This document shows, piece by piece, positions 14,330 to 27,364 of a stretch of DNA of 64,000 nucleotides (position 1 is its first letter; every line of letters begins with the position of its first letter). Below the pieces are notes generated by a model that did no database searches, was not told where the DNA came from, and was given only the letters and a program-made list of their open reading frames with translations. This stretch comes from Octopus vulgaris (taxonomy: Eukaryota): positions 100,936,001 through 101,000,000 of the forward strand of contig OX597822.1 in the NCBI GenBank assembly GCA_951406725.2, read 5' to 3'. A program made the translations under genes and the position numbers.

Positions 14330-14824
14330 GATGAAGGAAATACAGTGCTCAGGTGCACTACAACTAAAAAGAAACAAAAATGGCCATCAGGTGTACTGTT
14401 GGCGGATTTCAGAACACATGGAAGTTTTGCAGGATGTAGTGTCTTGACAGCTAACAACTTATGTAGGTGGTTTATTCCATGCTTCTGCAATTCTGAGCAT
14501 GAAAAATTGTTTCCGAAAGTCATGGGTGCTGTGTTGATTTTTGATTTTATAAGCATGTCCGTGAGTGTTTGTCATCTAGAATTCAAAAAGGTACCCAAGG
14601 TTGATGTTGGAAATATGGTGGGTAATCTTGTGGGTGTCAGTCAAGTCAGTTGCCAGACGTCTGAGCTTCAATGTATCAATGCACAGGAATGTAAGACGTT
14701 CAGAGTATGATAGATGTCTGATGGCAGGTATTCGCTTTGTTACACATTTCTGAACAGTTTCCAAGAGGTTCATATACTGAGCAAGAGAGGGGTTCCGGAC
14801 TAGTGATGCAAATTCCAAGTGTGG
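14330..14824 (-). mobile_element. Older 3' fragment of the same CR1-group LINE as 9097-9604
   Basis: Minus translation EFASLVRNPSLAQYMNLLETVQKCVTKRIPAIRHLSYSERL aligns with the 9097 copy. Confidence 0.88.
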
Positions 14825-15136
14825 AATTTTCCGAGGAGGCGACTTTTATTTAAATTCAATTCAATGCTGCGACTTTCAATTGAATTTAAACTTAATTGTA
14901 ATTTGAATTTAATTGTAGCCATGAAACGTAGGTAGTGTTTTTATTTATTATATTATATATTGATCATTCATTTTTATACTTTTTGAGATCTAGTTATAGG
15001 TTATGTTTTATAAAAATATATATTATTTGTTATTTATATTTTGTTTTATGTCTATCACTGTTTGAGTTGCATAATAGTGGTTTTATCTCTAATTTATATT
15101 TTATATATTTATATATACATATACATACAGCTTCAT

Positions 15137-15177
<41 letters not shown>

Positions 15178-15775
15178 GTATGTACATGTGGTTTCAAGGT
15201 TGTTATAGTCGGGAATGGTAGTGGGGATAAGCTTCCACTATCTAAAAAATATTCTCATAAGACATGCGTCTCAAACAGTCTCTGACAACAAAGTCCAATT
15301 CCTGGGCTGCTCGACTGTTAGATGTTGCCCTGGCCGAACTGCTTCATATTGACAAGAGAAGGGCCAAGGGTGGGTTACTGGCACTCCAAAACCAGTTGCT
15401 TACGCGTAGAGGGAATTCGTCAATCTGGAAGGCAGTCCATATGGAAGGCAGTTAGGAAGCTTGATATAAAACAACTACTGTCATGTGGGCTCGCACGAAC
15501 AAGGCGGATCTCGAAATTATCTGGGACACCCGGTAGCCCGCTACAACCATCCTAACGAGATCCAACAAGTCACCAATCCTAATTGTGAAGCGGGTGGCCG
15601 AGGACGTGGGCCGTGTAATGGCAACATATGGTCCATCCTAAATAAAATCACGCAGAGGGCACCTGTGACTTGAACAACGAGCCTCTCCGCTCCTTGCAAC
15701 CATCAAAGTAAAGAGCTCAAACAATAGCTACAGATTTACTACTCGGATATGAGTTAAGGCCGCCTCCACCACCGA

Positions 15776-15837
<62 letters not shown>

Positions 15838-15838
<1 letters not shown>

Positions 15839-16120
15839 GGAGGTGCAATGGCCCAGTGGTTAGAACAGCGGACTCGCGGTTTCGATTCCCTACCGGGCGT
15901 TGTGAGTGTTTATTGAGCAAAAACACCTAAAGCTCCACGAGGCTCCAGCAGGGGGTGGCGATCCTTGCTGTACTCTTTCGCCACAACTTTCTCTCTTTCT
16001 TCTGTTGGCCTGCTCGCTTAGCCAGCGGGGTGGCATCATTTGAAGGCTGAAACAATGCGAAGCGCATTGTGACCAGCGATGTGTAGCAACATCTGATAGC
16101 CTGGTCGGTCACGGGATCAC
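15838..16120 (+). mobile_element. SINE family B variant with a different 3' tail
   Basis: Same tRNA-like head as 7993. The tail is shared with the fragment at 42128-42235. Confidence 0.85.
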
Positions 16121-16369
16121 GTGATATATATACTCGAGTGGGTACTGAAAAGCTCCTGACTTTAAGGGGATCGTAAAAGGCCTAGTTGGTTGGAGGCCCA
16201 ACCTTCTAAGTTCTTTTACAGGGTTTAGAAAAACTGAAGAACAGCTACAATAAGTGTATGAATCTGAGAGATGAATATGTTGAATAAAATCATAATTAAC
16301 TGACCTTCCTGTATTTTCTTTTACTAAAAGCCAGGAACTGCTCAGCACCCTTCCGTATGTTGCGTGTGC

Positions 16370-16464
<95 letters not shown>

Positions 16465-16854
16465 TGTGTGTGTGCTTACGTTTATCAATGTTTATGCCAG
16501 AAGTATCAGCTTCGTTTCACATTCTATAGTGATTGTTGGTCATGATTACTAATAGCTCTTCTGAATGTTGTTGGCCGTCAAATATCTTCGCAGGGTCAGA
16601 GATCTTAAAGAAAACCTAACTTAGCAAATCCGGTATTTTCTTGTGAAGGGGTTCTACACCAAGACTTAACGAAATAAATAAATAAACATATAAGAAATAC
16701 AAATACGATTAACAATCGTTATCGTGATATTGATTTGCGTGTGTGTGTGTATAGGTACACACACGGATACAGACACGTACACACACGCATTTCTTTCTCT
16801 CATTTTGTTTGTTTCTTTCTTTCTCCTTTTCACTCTCGTTTGCGTCTTACTTTC

Positions 16855-16860
16855 CCCTTT

Positions 16861-16900
<40 letters not shown>

Positions 16901-16971
16901 TCCCTAGCTTCTTTCCTTTCTTTCTTTCTTTCTTTCCCTAGCTTCTTTCCTTTCTTTCTTTCTTTCTTTCC

Positions 16972-17018
<47 letters not shown>

Positions 17019-17145
17019 TCCTTCCCTAGCTTCTTTCCTTTTTTCTTTCCTTCCATAGCTTCTTTCCTTTCTTTCTTTCTTTCTTTCCCTAGCTTCTTTC
17101 TTTCTTTCCTTCCTTCCCTAGCTTCTTTCCTTTCTTTCTTCCTTC

Positions 17146-17210
<65 letters not shown>

Positions 17211-17245
17211 TTCCTTCCTTCCTTCCTTCCTTCCTTCCTTCCTTG
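16855..17245. repeat. (TTTC)n/(TTCC)n array with interspersed CCCTAGC units
   Basis: Directly visible. Confidence 0.95.
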
Positions 17246-18154
17246 TCCCCCATTCTCTCTTAGAATCGGTCCTGTTGCACCCTTAGGAAGAATTGTTGCA
17301 GTCCACTCACTCGGAGACGAAAGTCGACCAAGGATTTAGCAACCTCCTCTTATAGACTAAAAAAACAAAAACAGAAACAAAAAAAAACTACAAAAAAAAA
17401 AGAACCAAACAAAAGACGATATGCAATTGGGATCGGCCAACGATGAACCTTAAACCCCGATGCACACGCAACAGAGCAACGAAACAAAAAAATGTAAATA
17501 CTAGCAATAAAATGCTGAGAAAAAATACATATTTAATTAAATGTGCAACTTTATTAAATGCAAATTTATTTGATGCTTGCAGAAAAATTAATGAGATAGA
17601 ACTGCTTCTGTTAGGAAACGTTGTGGCTAATTAATTATTATATCCTTAATAAAATGATTTTTTAAAAATCTTTGGCAAAATTTTACAACATTTTAAATTG
17701 AGCCATGGTTGACCAACCTCAGCAGTTGCCCCGGATACGCTTTTAGTGTTGTTTTTTTTTCTTTAGAAAGAAATCAACCCCAGGAGAAATGAAATCAGAC
17801 CCGACTCCGACAGGATGTTAAATCATAAATAAAAGACGGATGTTGCTAATTACCGCAAGATATTTCCACCTTTGTCCATCCGATTCTGACATCATCAACC
17901 CTTATAATAAATATTTCTAACTTGATGGATTTAAAAAAAAAAATTATATGATGTAATAACGGGAATGGTGAATATGCTGTTGGGCTCCTTGAACCCAAAA
18001 CTTGGCGGTTTATATTATTTCAAAATCCCCGCCGGTGATGAAAAGCAAAGCTACTTCGGTTGAATGTGATTTTAGAACTTGAAAAGACTAAACTGAAAAT
18101 TGCAGGGGGATTTTTTCTTCCTTGCTCTATCGATTTTTGAATCTATTGCATCTC

Positions 18155-18161
18155 CACTACC

Positions 18162-18208
<47 letters not shown>

Positions 18209-18219
18209 CACTACCACTA

Positions 18220-18317
<98 letters not shown>

Positions 18318-18374
18318 AGTAGTAGTAGAAATAAATCACTACTACTACTGCTGCTGCTACTACTACTGCTGCTG

Positions 18375-18421
<47 letters not shown>

Positions 18422-18470
18422 GCTGCTACTACTACTATTACTAGTAGAAATAAATCACTACTACTACTAG
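18155..18470. repeat. (CTA)n/(CTG)n array
   Basis: Directly visible. Confidence 0.95.
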
Positions 18471-18604
18471 TATTTATTTCTTTCATCTTGCCATCAAGTT
18501 CCATTCATACATACAATTAAACTTGTTACAATGCAGATTCGAAAACAAGGTGATACATAGATGTACACACACACATATGTATGTATGTATACAAATATGT
18601 ATCA

Positions 18605-19540
18605 AGCGATGGTAGGGACAAGCACAGACACAAAGACGCACGCACACACACACACACACACACACACTTACGACAGCCTCTTTCAGTTTCCGTCCATCAA
18701 ATTCACTAACGAGTTTTTGATCGACCCAAGGCTATAGCAGAAGACACATGTCCAAGGTGCCATGCAAGGGGATGAACCCGGAACCATGTGTGTGTGTGTG
18801 TTTTATCTTTTACTTGCTTCAGTCATTGGACTGCAGACCATGCTGGGGCACCGCCTTGAAGAATTTTTAGTCGAATGGATTGATTCCAATACTTATTATT
18901 TGTGAAGTCTGGTACTTGTTCTATCGGGCTCTTTTGCGGAAGCGCTACGTTACAGGGACGTAAACAAACCAATACCGGTCGTCAAGCGATGGTGGGGGAC
19001 AAGCTCAGACACAAACACACACACACACACACACTTACGACAGCTTCTTTCAGTTTCCATCAGTCAAATCCACTCACAAGTTTTTGATCGACCCAAGGCT
19101 ATACCAGAAGATGTATGTCCAAGGTGCCACGCAGGAGGACTGAACCCAGAGCCATGTGATTACTACACAGCCACAAATGAAACAACATTACGTTAAAATA
19201 AAATCGCCATTTGTGTATCATATATTTAGTACGATACACAGATAATTTAGTATTGAAAGGCATAATGGTGTGGTCTTTATCTGAGAAAAATTCTCTTCGT
19301 AAACATGTTAAAAACGTAATATACATCGGAGCCGGGCGAACTCCATTGCAATAGTGTGTGTGTGTGTGTGTGTGAATTTTTGTGTTTACATCCCCGTACC
19401 CTAGCGGTTCGGCAAAAGTGATTGATAGAATAAGTACCAGACTTAACAAAGGAGCTGGATCGATTACTTCGACTTAAACCTCTCGGAACGGTGCCCCAGT
19501 ATGGCAGTAGTCAAATGACTGAAACAAGTAAAGATAAAAA
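18605..19540. mobile_element. Cluster of three diverged SINE family A copies
   Basis: Recognisable family A segments at about 18605-18790 (-), 18800-19170 (-) and 19350-19540 (+). Confidence 0.75.
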
Positions 19541-19548
19541 AGTGTATA

Positions 19549-19671
19549 TCTATATATATAAAAACTGAGAATGTGTGTCTGTCTGTGTGAATCCCTAAAA
19601 CTTGAGAACTACACAACCAATTTCATTCAAATTTTACACATGCCTTACTTAGGGTCTATGTAGTGTAATGG
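19549..19671 (+). mobile_element. Helitron-like 5' end
   Basis: Starts TCTATATATATAAAA followed by a GTCTGTCTGT repeat, a typical animal Helitron left end. Confidence 0.5.
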
Positions 19672-19848
19672 GCTTGCTCTGAGCTCCGTTGGGATGACTG
19701 CCCACCGCTACCAGCCGGTAGTCAAACCAACGGCGATCAGAGCTTGCTCTGAGCTCTGTTGGGATGACTGCCCACCGCTACCAGCCGGTAGTCAGACCAA
19801 CGGCGATCAGAGCTTGCTCTGAGCTCTGTTGGGATGACTGCCCACCGC
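19672..19848 (+). repeat. 70-bp GC-rich tandem repeat, 2.5 copies
   Basis: Units start at 19672, 19742 and 19812 with GCTTGCTCTGAGCTC. Confidence 0.92.
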
Positions 19849-19881
19849 CCTTTGGCTTGGCTTGGCTTGGCTTGGCTTGAC

Positions 19882-19931
<50 letters not shown>

Positions 19932-20200
19932 TTCCTTTTTCTTTCTTTCTTCAAATCTTTTTCCGTTTCTCGCCGAGTGTTTTCCGTACACCTAGGGCAG
20001 AGAAGCTCATTGTATGCATTCCCAGATTACACACGCAAATTCACAGGTAAAATATGTATTCAAAAAATAAATAAATAAATAAATAAATAAATTCATGAAT
20101 GGATGTTGTTGTTATCCTCCTCCTCCTCCTCCTCCTCCTCCTCATCATCATCATCATCATCATCACCACCACCACCACCACCACCACCACCACCACCACC

Positions 20201-20234
<34 letters not shown>

Positions 20235-20865
20235 TCATCATCATTATAGACACAAGGGTACAAATGAGGGTATGGCTGTGCTCAATTTAATCTCTCTAAT
20301 ACTGATGGTTCAAACGTAATCTTTTCAAGTACCGTTGAGGTTGGTTGATTACGCCTTTATTCCTTATTGTCCCCTATTATTCCTTTTCATATTAATGTTG
20401 TTGGTATGTATTTTATTGACACCGGAACAATGAACGACATAATCGACCACCGTGATGTTTGATGAGACTGCTTTCAAGATGAATAACAACCTATATTGTT
20501 ACTCTGTATCTTCTAGAAATATCCATTAACGTCGACGAAATAACAAAGAAGAAAATCGAAGAAGAAAATACGAAAGAAATAACGAACATGTCGGAAGATT
20601 TCTGTGTAAGTAATGCATTCACTTATTTAAATTTTATTGCTGTCAGCTAAATAATATAGTCATTGTTAACGTTATTATTAATGCCACTGTTGATAATATG
20701 TTTATTGTTAATACTCAGTTGCCCTCCACGAGTATATGATATACTAACATACCAAAAATCAGATGAACGTTAAACATACTCAACCTGAAAAAAATTACAA
20801 TAGAAATGGAAACTCAATCAACTGCATGGAAGTGAAAATGGGTTTGCCGTTCTTTACTTTGATTC

Positions 20866-20866
<1 letters not shown>

Positions 20867-20964
<98 letters not shown>

Positions 20965-20989
20965 CATCCATCCATCCATCCATCCATCC

Positions 20990-21075
<86 letters not shown>

Positions 21076-21100
21076 GTATGTATGTATGTATGTATGTATG

Positions 21101-21187
<87 letters not shown>
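20867..21187. repeat. (TATC)n array
   Basis: Directly visible. Confidence 0.97.
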
Positions 21188-21280
21188 AGGGAGAGTTTAC
21201 GAAAAAAAAACAAAAGACGAAGGCAGGTGGTGTACAAAACAAACAGATGTATTAGTATAACACTCAGGAATAGAAAAAGT

Positions 21281-21316
21281 CTTTTACGTTTCGAGCCTAC
21301 GCTCTTCTACAGAAAG
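21281..21316 (-). ncRNA. Minimal hammerhead-like motif (core CTGTAGA) in a ~190-bp microsatellite-flanked repeat (21187-21372)
   Basis: Minus strand reads CTTT-CTGTAGA-A-GAGC-GTAG-GCTC-GAAAC-GTA-AAAG. Confidence 0.5.
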
Positions 21317-21716
21317 GGACACAGAAAAAACAAGGAGAGAAAAAAAATGTGTGTAGTGGCTAACAATCTATCTAACTCCAAGAAAGTTAGAGGTTGTGAA
21401 TCCAACCCACTAAGGGATAGTATCTATCCAATATACTGCTGGTAGAATACCCTATTATTAAAACACAAGTGTTTCTTATTGCATTGCAATTACATTATCT
21501 AGTGTACTAAATGGGTGAAGGTAAAGAAATAATTTACCATTAATTTATATAGCAATAAGAAAATGGAAGGGATCAATAGGTGGTTCATCAACTTTTAGAC
21601 ATTATATTACGTCAATTTATTTATTTACTAAACTGATAATTACAATAATATACATGTATAACATATTATGCTTTACATATAAGATATAAAATATATTAAT
21701 ATATAAGGATACCAGT

Positions 21717-21808
<92 letters not shown>

Positions 21809-22206
21809 TGCACGAGAAATGGAGTGTGCAGTATTCAACATGGCTAGAAACCAAACGACCGGTACTCAGTAGCAATGATGACACTCTAAATAATAAAAGA
21901 ACAGATTTTACTGAACAAGTTCTGCAAATAATACAGAAAGTAGATTAATAAAGATGAAAGGAATATGTTTCCATATTATATGTTTATATAACTAGGCTCT
22001 ATTTATCAAAACTACCACGACTTCCATGTATATAACAGAATAGTTATTTTTAGATGATGAAATACGCATACATATGTACATATACAAACACATACATACA
22101 TACATACTTACAATCTATTAGCGGTACAATAAAGATATGTATGCCATTACAAAGATTCTCTAGCTGAGATCCTGTGTGCGTCCTCAGCTGAGTCAACACA
22201 TTGACT

Positions 22207-22276
<70 letters not shown>

Positions 22277-22439
22277 GGTGGATCTCCGTCGTTCGAAAAT
22301 GAATATTCAGTTATTCGACCTACTGAATAACCTATTCTTCGACTAACGTGTAAGTTTATATATATATATATATCTACCTACCTTCTCTATAATGTTGCCA
22401 CTTGATATGAAAATTTTTGTATTAATGGGAAACCTCTAT

Positions 22440-22530
22440 AATTGGCTGATGAGTGCTCAGCATATTAAAACTGTTGTAATACTTACAACATTTAATAAGA
22501 TGATGTAGTACGAAACGATCGTACCAAATT
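22440..22530 (+). ncRNA. Type I hammerhead ribozyme with extended stem II
   Basis: TTGG-CTGATGA-GTGCT...[TATTAAA/TGTTGTAA-TAC-TTACAACA/TTTAATA hairpin]...AGTAC-GAAAC-GATC-GTA-CCAA. Predicted cleavage is after 22523. Confidence 0.85.
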
Positions 22531-22883
22531 ACCGGAGTCATTCTTGTTGCTTATTTTGATTATAATCACCCCACGGATTTTTGTGGATAACACCATACAG
22601 AATTCTGGTGCATCTAAATTAACTACCATATTCATTTGAATCTAAATTTTTGCTGAACTCCCTCGGCTATTAAATGCTATTTTTGGCCTGCTATCGCCTG
22701 TTTCATTGATATTTTGTTATTATCATTTTTAAAATAGTTACATTGGATAATAATAGAATTAATGACACCTTCGCAAATTAATTTTTCGTAAATTATTTTT
22801 CTCGTAAAATGTATCGAGATTATTTTACACTGGTGGCTGATGTGATTTCAAAACGATGCGCTGGGAATCTCTAATCATGGTAA

Positions 22884-22937
22884 CGCGTGCTGAAGAAGCT
22901 AAGGCTTATTTTGCCAGTGCAGAAACCGGTCCACGTG
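22884..22937 (+). ncRNA. Type I hammerhead ribozyme
   Basis: CGCGTG-CTGAAGA-AGC...GC-A-GAAAC-CG-GTC-CACGTG. It has a 6-bp stem I, a palindromic stem III ACCGGT and cleavage after GTC at 22931. Confidence 0.8.
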
Positions 22938-23240
22938 AGTCCAGATATTTAAATGCATGTTACTAGAGTGTCTTAACCTGATTTTGCCTTCGTTTGATTT
23001 CTGTAGTTATTATCAGTGTATTTTTTGCGATTTAATAAGAGTTATGACTGTTATTTCAAGCAGGTAGACATACTTACTATGTCCTTTGATTAATTTTAAT
23101 CCCTCGGCTATTAAATGCTATTTTTGGCCTGCTATCGCCTGTTTCATTGATATTCTGTTATTATCATTTTTAAATAGTTACATTGGATAATAATAGAATT
23201 AATGATACTTTCGCAAATTAATTCTTCGTATATATATATC

Positions 23241-23286
<46 letters not shown>

Positions 23287-23289
23287 AAT

Positions 23290-23630
23290 AGGCGCAGGAG
23301 TGGCTGGTTCCGGGTTCAGTCCCACTGCGTGGCATCTTGGGCAAGTGTCTTCTGCTATAGCCCAATGGGCAAGTGTCTTCTGCGATAGCCCTTGTGAGTG
23401 GATTTGGTAGGCGGAAACTGAAAGAAGCCTGTCGTATATGTGTATATACATATATATGTGTGTGTGTGTGTATGTGTTTGTGTGTCTGTGTTTGTCCCCC
23501 GTCATTTAGCGGTTCGGCAAAAAAGACTGATAGAATAAGTACTGGGCTTACAAAGAATAAGTCCTGGGGTCGATTTGCTCGACTAAAAGGAGGTGCTCCA
23601 GCATGGCCGCAGTCAAATGACTGAAACTAG
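23290..23630 (+). mobile_element. SINE family A, internally deleted
   Basis: Homology to other family A copies. Confidence 0.85.
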
Positions 23631-23680
<50 letters not shown>

Positions 23681-23889
23681 CTATATAATTAGGGTTCAGC
23701 AACGATTAGCTTCACCACACACCGAAGTTTAGAAATAGTCATTTTGACTGCTATTCCTTCTACTTTAAAGGGAGTTCCCAGAAATAGTATTACTTAAACT
23801 TACCATAAAATGGTCTTTTTTCATGCCGAATTCTACTTGGTGAAATTACTAATTACTTCTTAATTAATCAATTTCACCCTTTGTTATTA

Positions 23890-23943
<54 letters not shown>

Positions 23944-24006
23944 TAGATAGATAGATAGATAAATGAAAGAATGGAGTCGAACGACGATTTAACAAAATTC
24001 CTTTAT

Positions 24007-24087
24007 TCTCGACATATGTTTCGAAGACTGCATATTCTTAATTCCGGAGGAATAAAGGGTGCATTATGCCGTCTTCTCATCAGGAAA
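24007..24087 (-). ncRNA. Type I hammerhead ribozyme
   Basis: Minus strand reads TTTC-CTGATGA-GAAGAC...GTCTTC-GAAAC-ATAT-GTC-GAGA, with a perfect 6-bp stem II base. Confidence 0.85.
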
Positions 24088-24829
24088 GACAAGGAACTTA
24101 TGTCAGCATCATGACGAACAAAAGCTTTTAGATGACTATATATATATATGTATGTATCTATAGGTTATTTGAAATAGTGTACAGATTTTATATATTAAGA
24201 AAAAGGAGGTAGTCCGGACTTGGATGAGAGCAGTTTATTTAGCACTGTCGTCCCTTTTATGAAAACTCTCAAATTTAGCCCGAACACTCTGTATGCGGAC
24301 ACATAGTCACACATAAAGCATAAAACCATAAAATACTGAACCAAAATATGCAATAAAATAACATAAACAATATTGCAAAATATGCAATAAAATAAAATAA
24401 ACAATGAGCATAAACACATTAAGTCTATAAGCGTTAACAACTTACGGTGACAAATATGTTAGAAAATGAAACAGAGATGATATATTAACGAAAAAGGTCG
24501 AGCAAAGTGCGCGTAAATATAAGAAAATGCTAGGATAGTTAAGACGCATCAGAATCCTACTTGAATCCTAAATGTAAAAAATAAGCTAATAGGTATCAAC
24601 ATTCTAGATATTCCAGTACTATGAAAGAAAAGTCTAGAGAAGAATATTTTAGACACATAAGGTTAATAACCAAAACTAAGTTAACTCTTTAGCATTAAAA
24701 CCGGTCATATCCGGCCAAAATATTCTTCTTGTTTTATGCACGAAGTGGCCACATCTAGATTTTTCACACCAAGTCCTACATCATTTTTAAAATCAACAGT
24801 CACCTTATGAAACTTGCAAAGATACAGGA

Positions 24830-25457
24830 TACTCTTTTACTCTTTTACTTGTTTCAGTCATTTGACTGTGGCCATGCTGGAGCACCGTCTTTATTTCTTA
24901 TTTCTTTACTGCCCACAAGGGGCTAAACACAGAGGGGACAAACAAGGACAGACAAACGGATTTAGTAGATTATATCACCCCCAGAGCGTAACTGGTACTT
25001 ATTTAATCGACTCCGAAAGGATGAAAGGCGAAGTCGACCTCGGCGGAATTTGACCTCAGAACGTAGCGGTAGACGAAATACCTATTTCTTTACTACTCAC
25101 AAGGGGCTAAACACAGAGGGGACAAACAAGGACAGACAAACGGATTAAGTCGATTACATCGACTCCAGTGCGTAACTGGTTCTTAATTTATCGACCTCGA
25201 AAGGATGAAAGGCAAAGTCGACCTCGGCGGAATTTGAACTCAGAACGTAAAGACAGACGAAATACCGCTAAGCATTTCGCCCGGCGTGCTAACGATTCTG
25301 CCAGTTCGCCGCCTTTAGTCGAGCAAATCGACCCCAGGACTTATTCTTTGTAAGCCTAGTACTTATTCTACTGGTCTCTTTTGCCGAACCGCTAAGTTAC
25401 GGGGACGTAAATACATCAGCATCGGTTGTCAAGCTATGTTGAGTGGGACAAGAACAA

Positions 25458-25488
<31 letters not shown>

Positions 25489-25690
25489 TACACACACACA
25501 CACACATATACATATATACATATATACGACGGGCTTCTTTCAGTTTCCGTCTACGAAATCCACTCACAAGGCTTTGATCGCCCCCGAGGCTATAGTAGAA
25601 GACACTTGCCCAAAGTGCCACGCAGTGGGACTGAACCTGGAACCATGTGGTTGGTAAGCAATCTACTTAGCACACAGCCACTCCTACGTC
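24830..25690 (-). mobile_element. SINE family A interrupted by a SINE family C dimer (about 24891-25313)
   Basis: The family A sequence breaks at GCACCG and resumes at CCTTTAGTCGAGC. Two family C units lie between. Confidence 0.88.
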
Positions 25691-26199
25691 TAGTGTTTGA
25701 TTAATTGAAAACAATGCGAAATAATAGGCATTGCCTATGACAGAGTAATCAAAATGCTAAAGAGTTAAATGTCAAAATAAGGTAATAGGTGTCAGTACTG
25801 AAGATTGTCCAATAATATTTTATCGCTAGACTATTTATTCTCAGCTCGAAACTGTGTGAATTAGCAAAGTTAGATGGGAAAAAAATGAACAAGGAATATA
25901 ATAGCTGTATTCAAAATACACCACTAAATATAATAATTTCGTAAAGCCGATACGAAATTGTTATATTTACCACGACTGAAAAGAAGTAGTGAGAAGATTA
26001 TTATAGAATATTATTCTAAGACTACAAACAAAAGTATCTTGTGAAGAGTAAAAAGGAAACTAATACAAAAGGCTACAAAGCATCAGAAAATCAAAAGAAC
26101 AAACTGTTTTTTTTTTTTGTCCTCAGATAGTAACGGAGTAGTTAATTTTAGAAGATATAAAATGAAGAATACACAAAAAAATGGAAATAAAACGCTTAA

Positions 26200-26600
26200 A
26201 GGAAAAGACCAACAATAGACAAAAACTTAAACTAGAAAAAAATACATACAAGAAAAATCTAAGCAATAAAACCATGGACATTGATAACATAAACAGAAGG
26301 AAATTAATAAAAGCTACGAACATCATGTTAGATAATCGGAATAATACTTATCAAATAATGAGATAGACAGAGTAAACACATACAAATAAATAAAAAAGGT
26401 TAAAAGGTTAGAAAAAACCCAAACAAAATCATTTCTGCCTCCAGGGAAGTTAACACCTACTTATTTTAACAATTTACTTTCAACATTTTATTACAATTTG
26501 TTATTTACAACATATCAAAGTCATTAGAATTATAAGCGATCGTGGAAATCTGTTCAACATTCAACAGATTATTAGAAATAAACTATTATTCTTTACTGTA
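26200..26600 (+). pseudogene. Possible highly degraded Penelope-like RT N-terminal region
   Basis: SNKTMDIDN...IKATNIMLDNRNNTYQI and a downstream IISDRGNLFNI resemble the PLE DKGNxxVIM...Y...TY and RPIIS motifs. The match is weak and frameshifted. Confidence 0.3.
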
Positions 26601-26623
26601 GCGAACAACAATATTTATATTTT

Positions 26624-27038
26624 GGCGATCTTTCGTCTCTAGTAGACCTTTCCGTCGATTTCCGTAAAAATTTTTTTTTTTTTTACATATGGGCTTGCGA
26701 TAACTTTTGAAGTAATATACATACATATACACATACATCAAGTAAAAAATTTCAGTTATCTCTTTCTTTCACACATTACTCTGTCTCTTCACACACACTA
26801 ACAGAAGGACTTCACTTACACAACATACTGTCTGTCTCCCACACCCCATCAAACACACACATGTACATCAATGCTTCCCATGCACGGTAACTTCAAAAGA
26901 ACTTCCCTCGTCATACAATCGCTTTCTCTTAGTCTCTTTCGCTCTCATTACTTCAAAAGTTCCCGCAAGCCCATATGTCAAAAAAAATTTTTTTTTACGG
27001 AAATCGACGGAAAGGTCTACTAGAGACGAAAGATTGCC
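26624..27038. mobile_element. MITE with ~90-bp terminal inverted repeats (TIRs) starting GGC and an 8-bp TSD (Merlin-like)
   Basis: TIR GGCGATCTTTCGTCTCTAGTAGACCTTTCCGTCGATTTCCGT... mirrored at the right end. TSD TATATTTT at 26616-26623 and 27039-27046. Confidence 0.9.
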
Positions 27039-27364
27039 TATATTTTTAATGCCTGCTATTTAACTCCAAGGAAAATGGTAAAACAACAATAAATGCTGAA
27101 AAACACTTTTAAAGACTAACTTGAAAACGCAAGGCAACAAAATTTCGTACAAGAAAGAAACATAAGTGCCCTAAGTAGTCAATGCACAAGAAAACTGAAA
27201 CAGTAGTAATTATAAAAACTATTTCATCATTAACTGAAGAATTCAGAACACGAAGTTGGTGTCGACAGATTTTGATTGCATCAGAAAATCAGGGAACTAT
27301 GAAGAAAAAATCCACTGCTTCTGGCGGTCTGGTTTTAGCTAAAATAAAGTATAAAGAAATATAT

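Noticed and set aside
14831-14935. Hammerhead-like CCGAGGA-GGC...GCC-AT-GAAAC-GTAG-GTA
   Set aside because: No stem I and two core deviations; at most a decayed relic.
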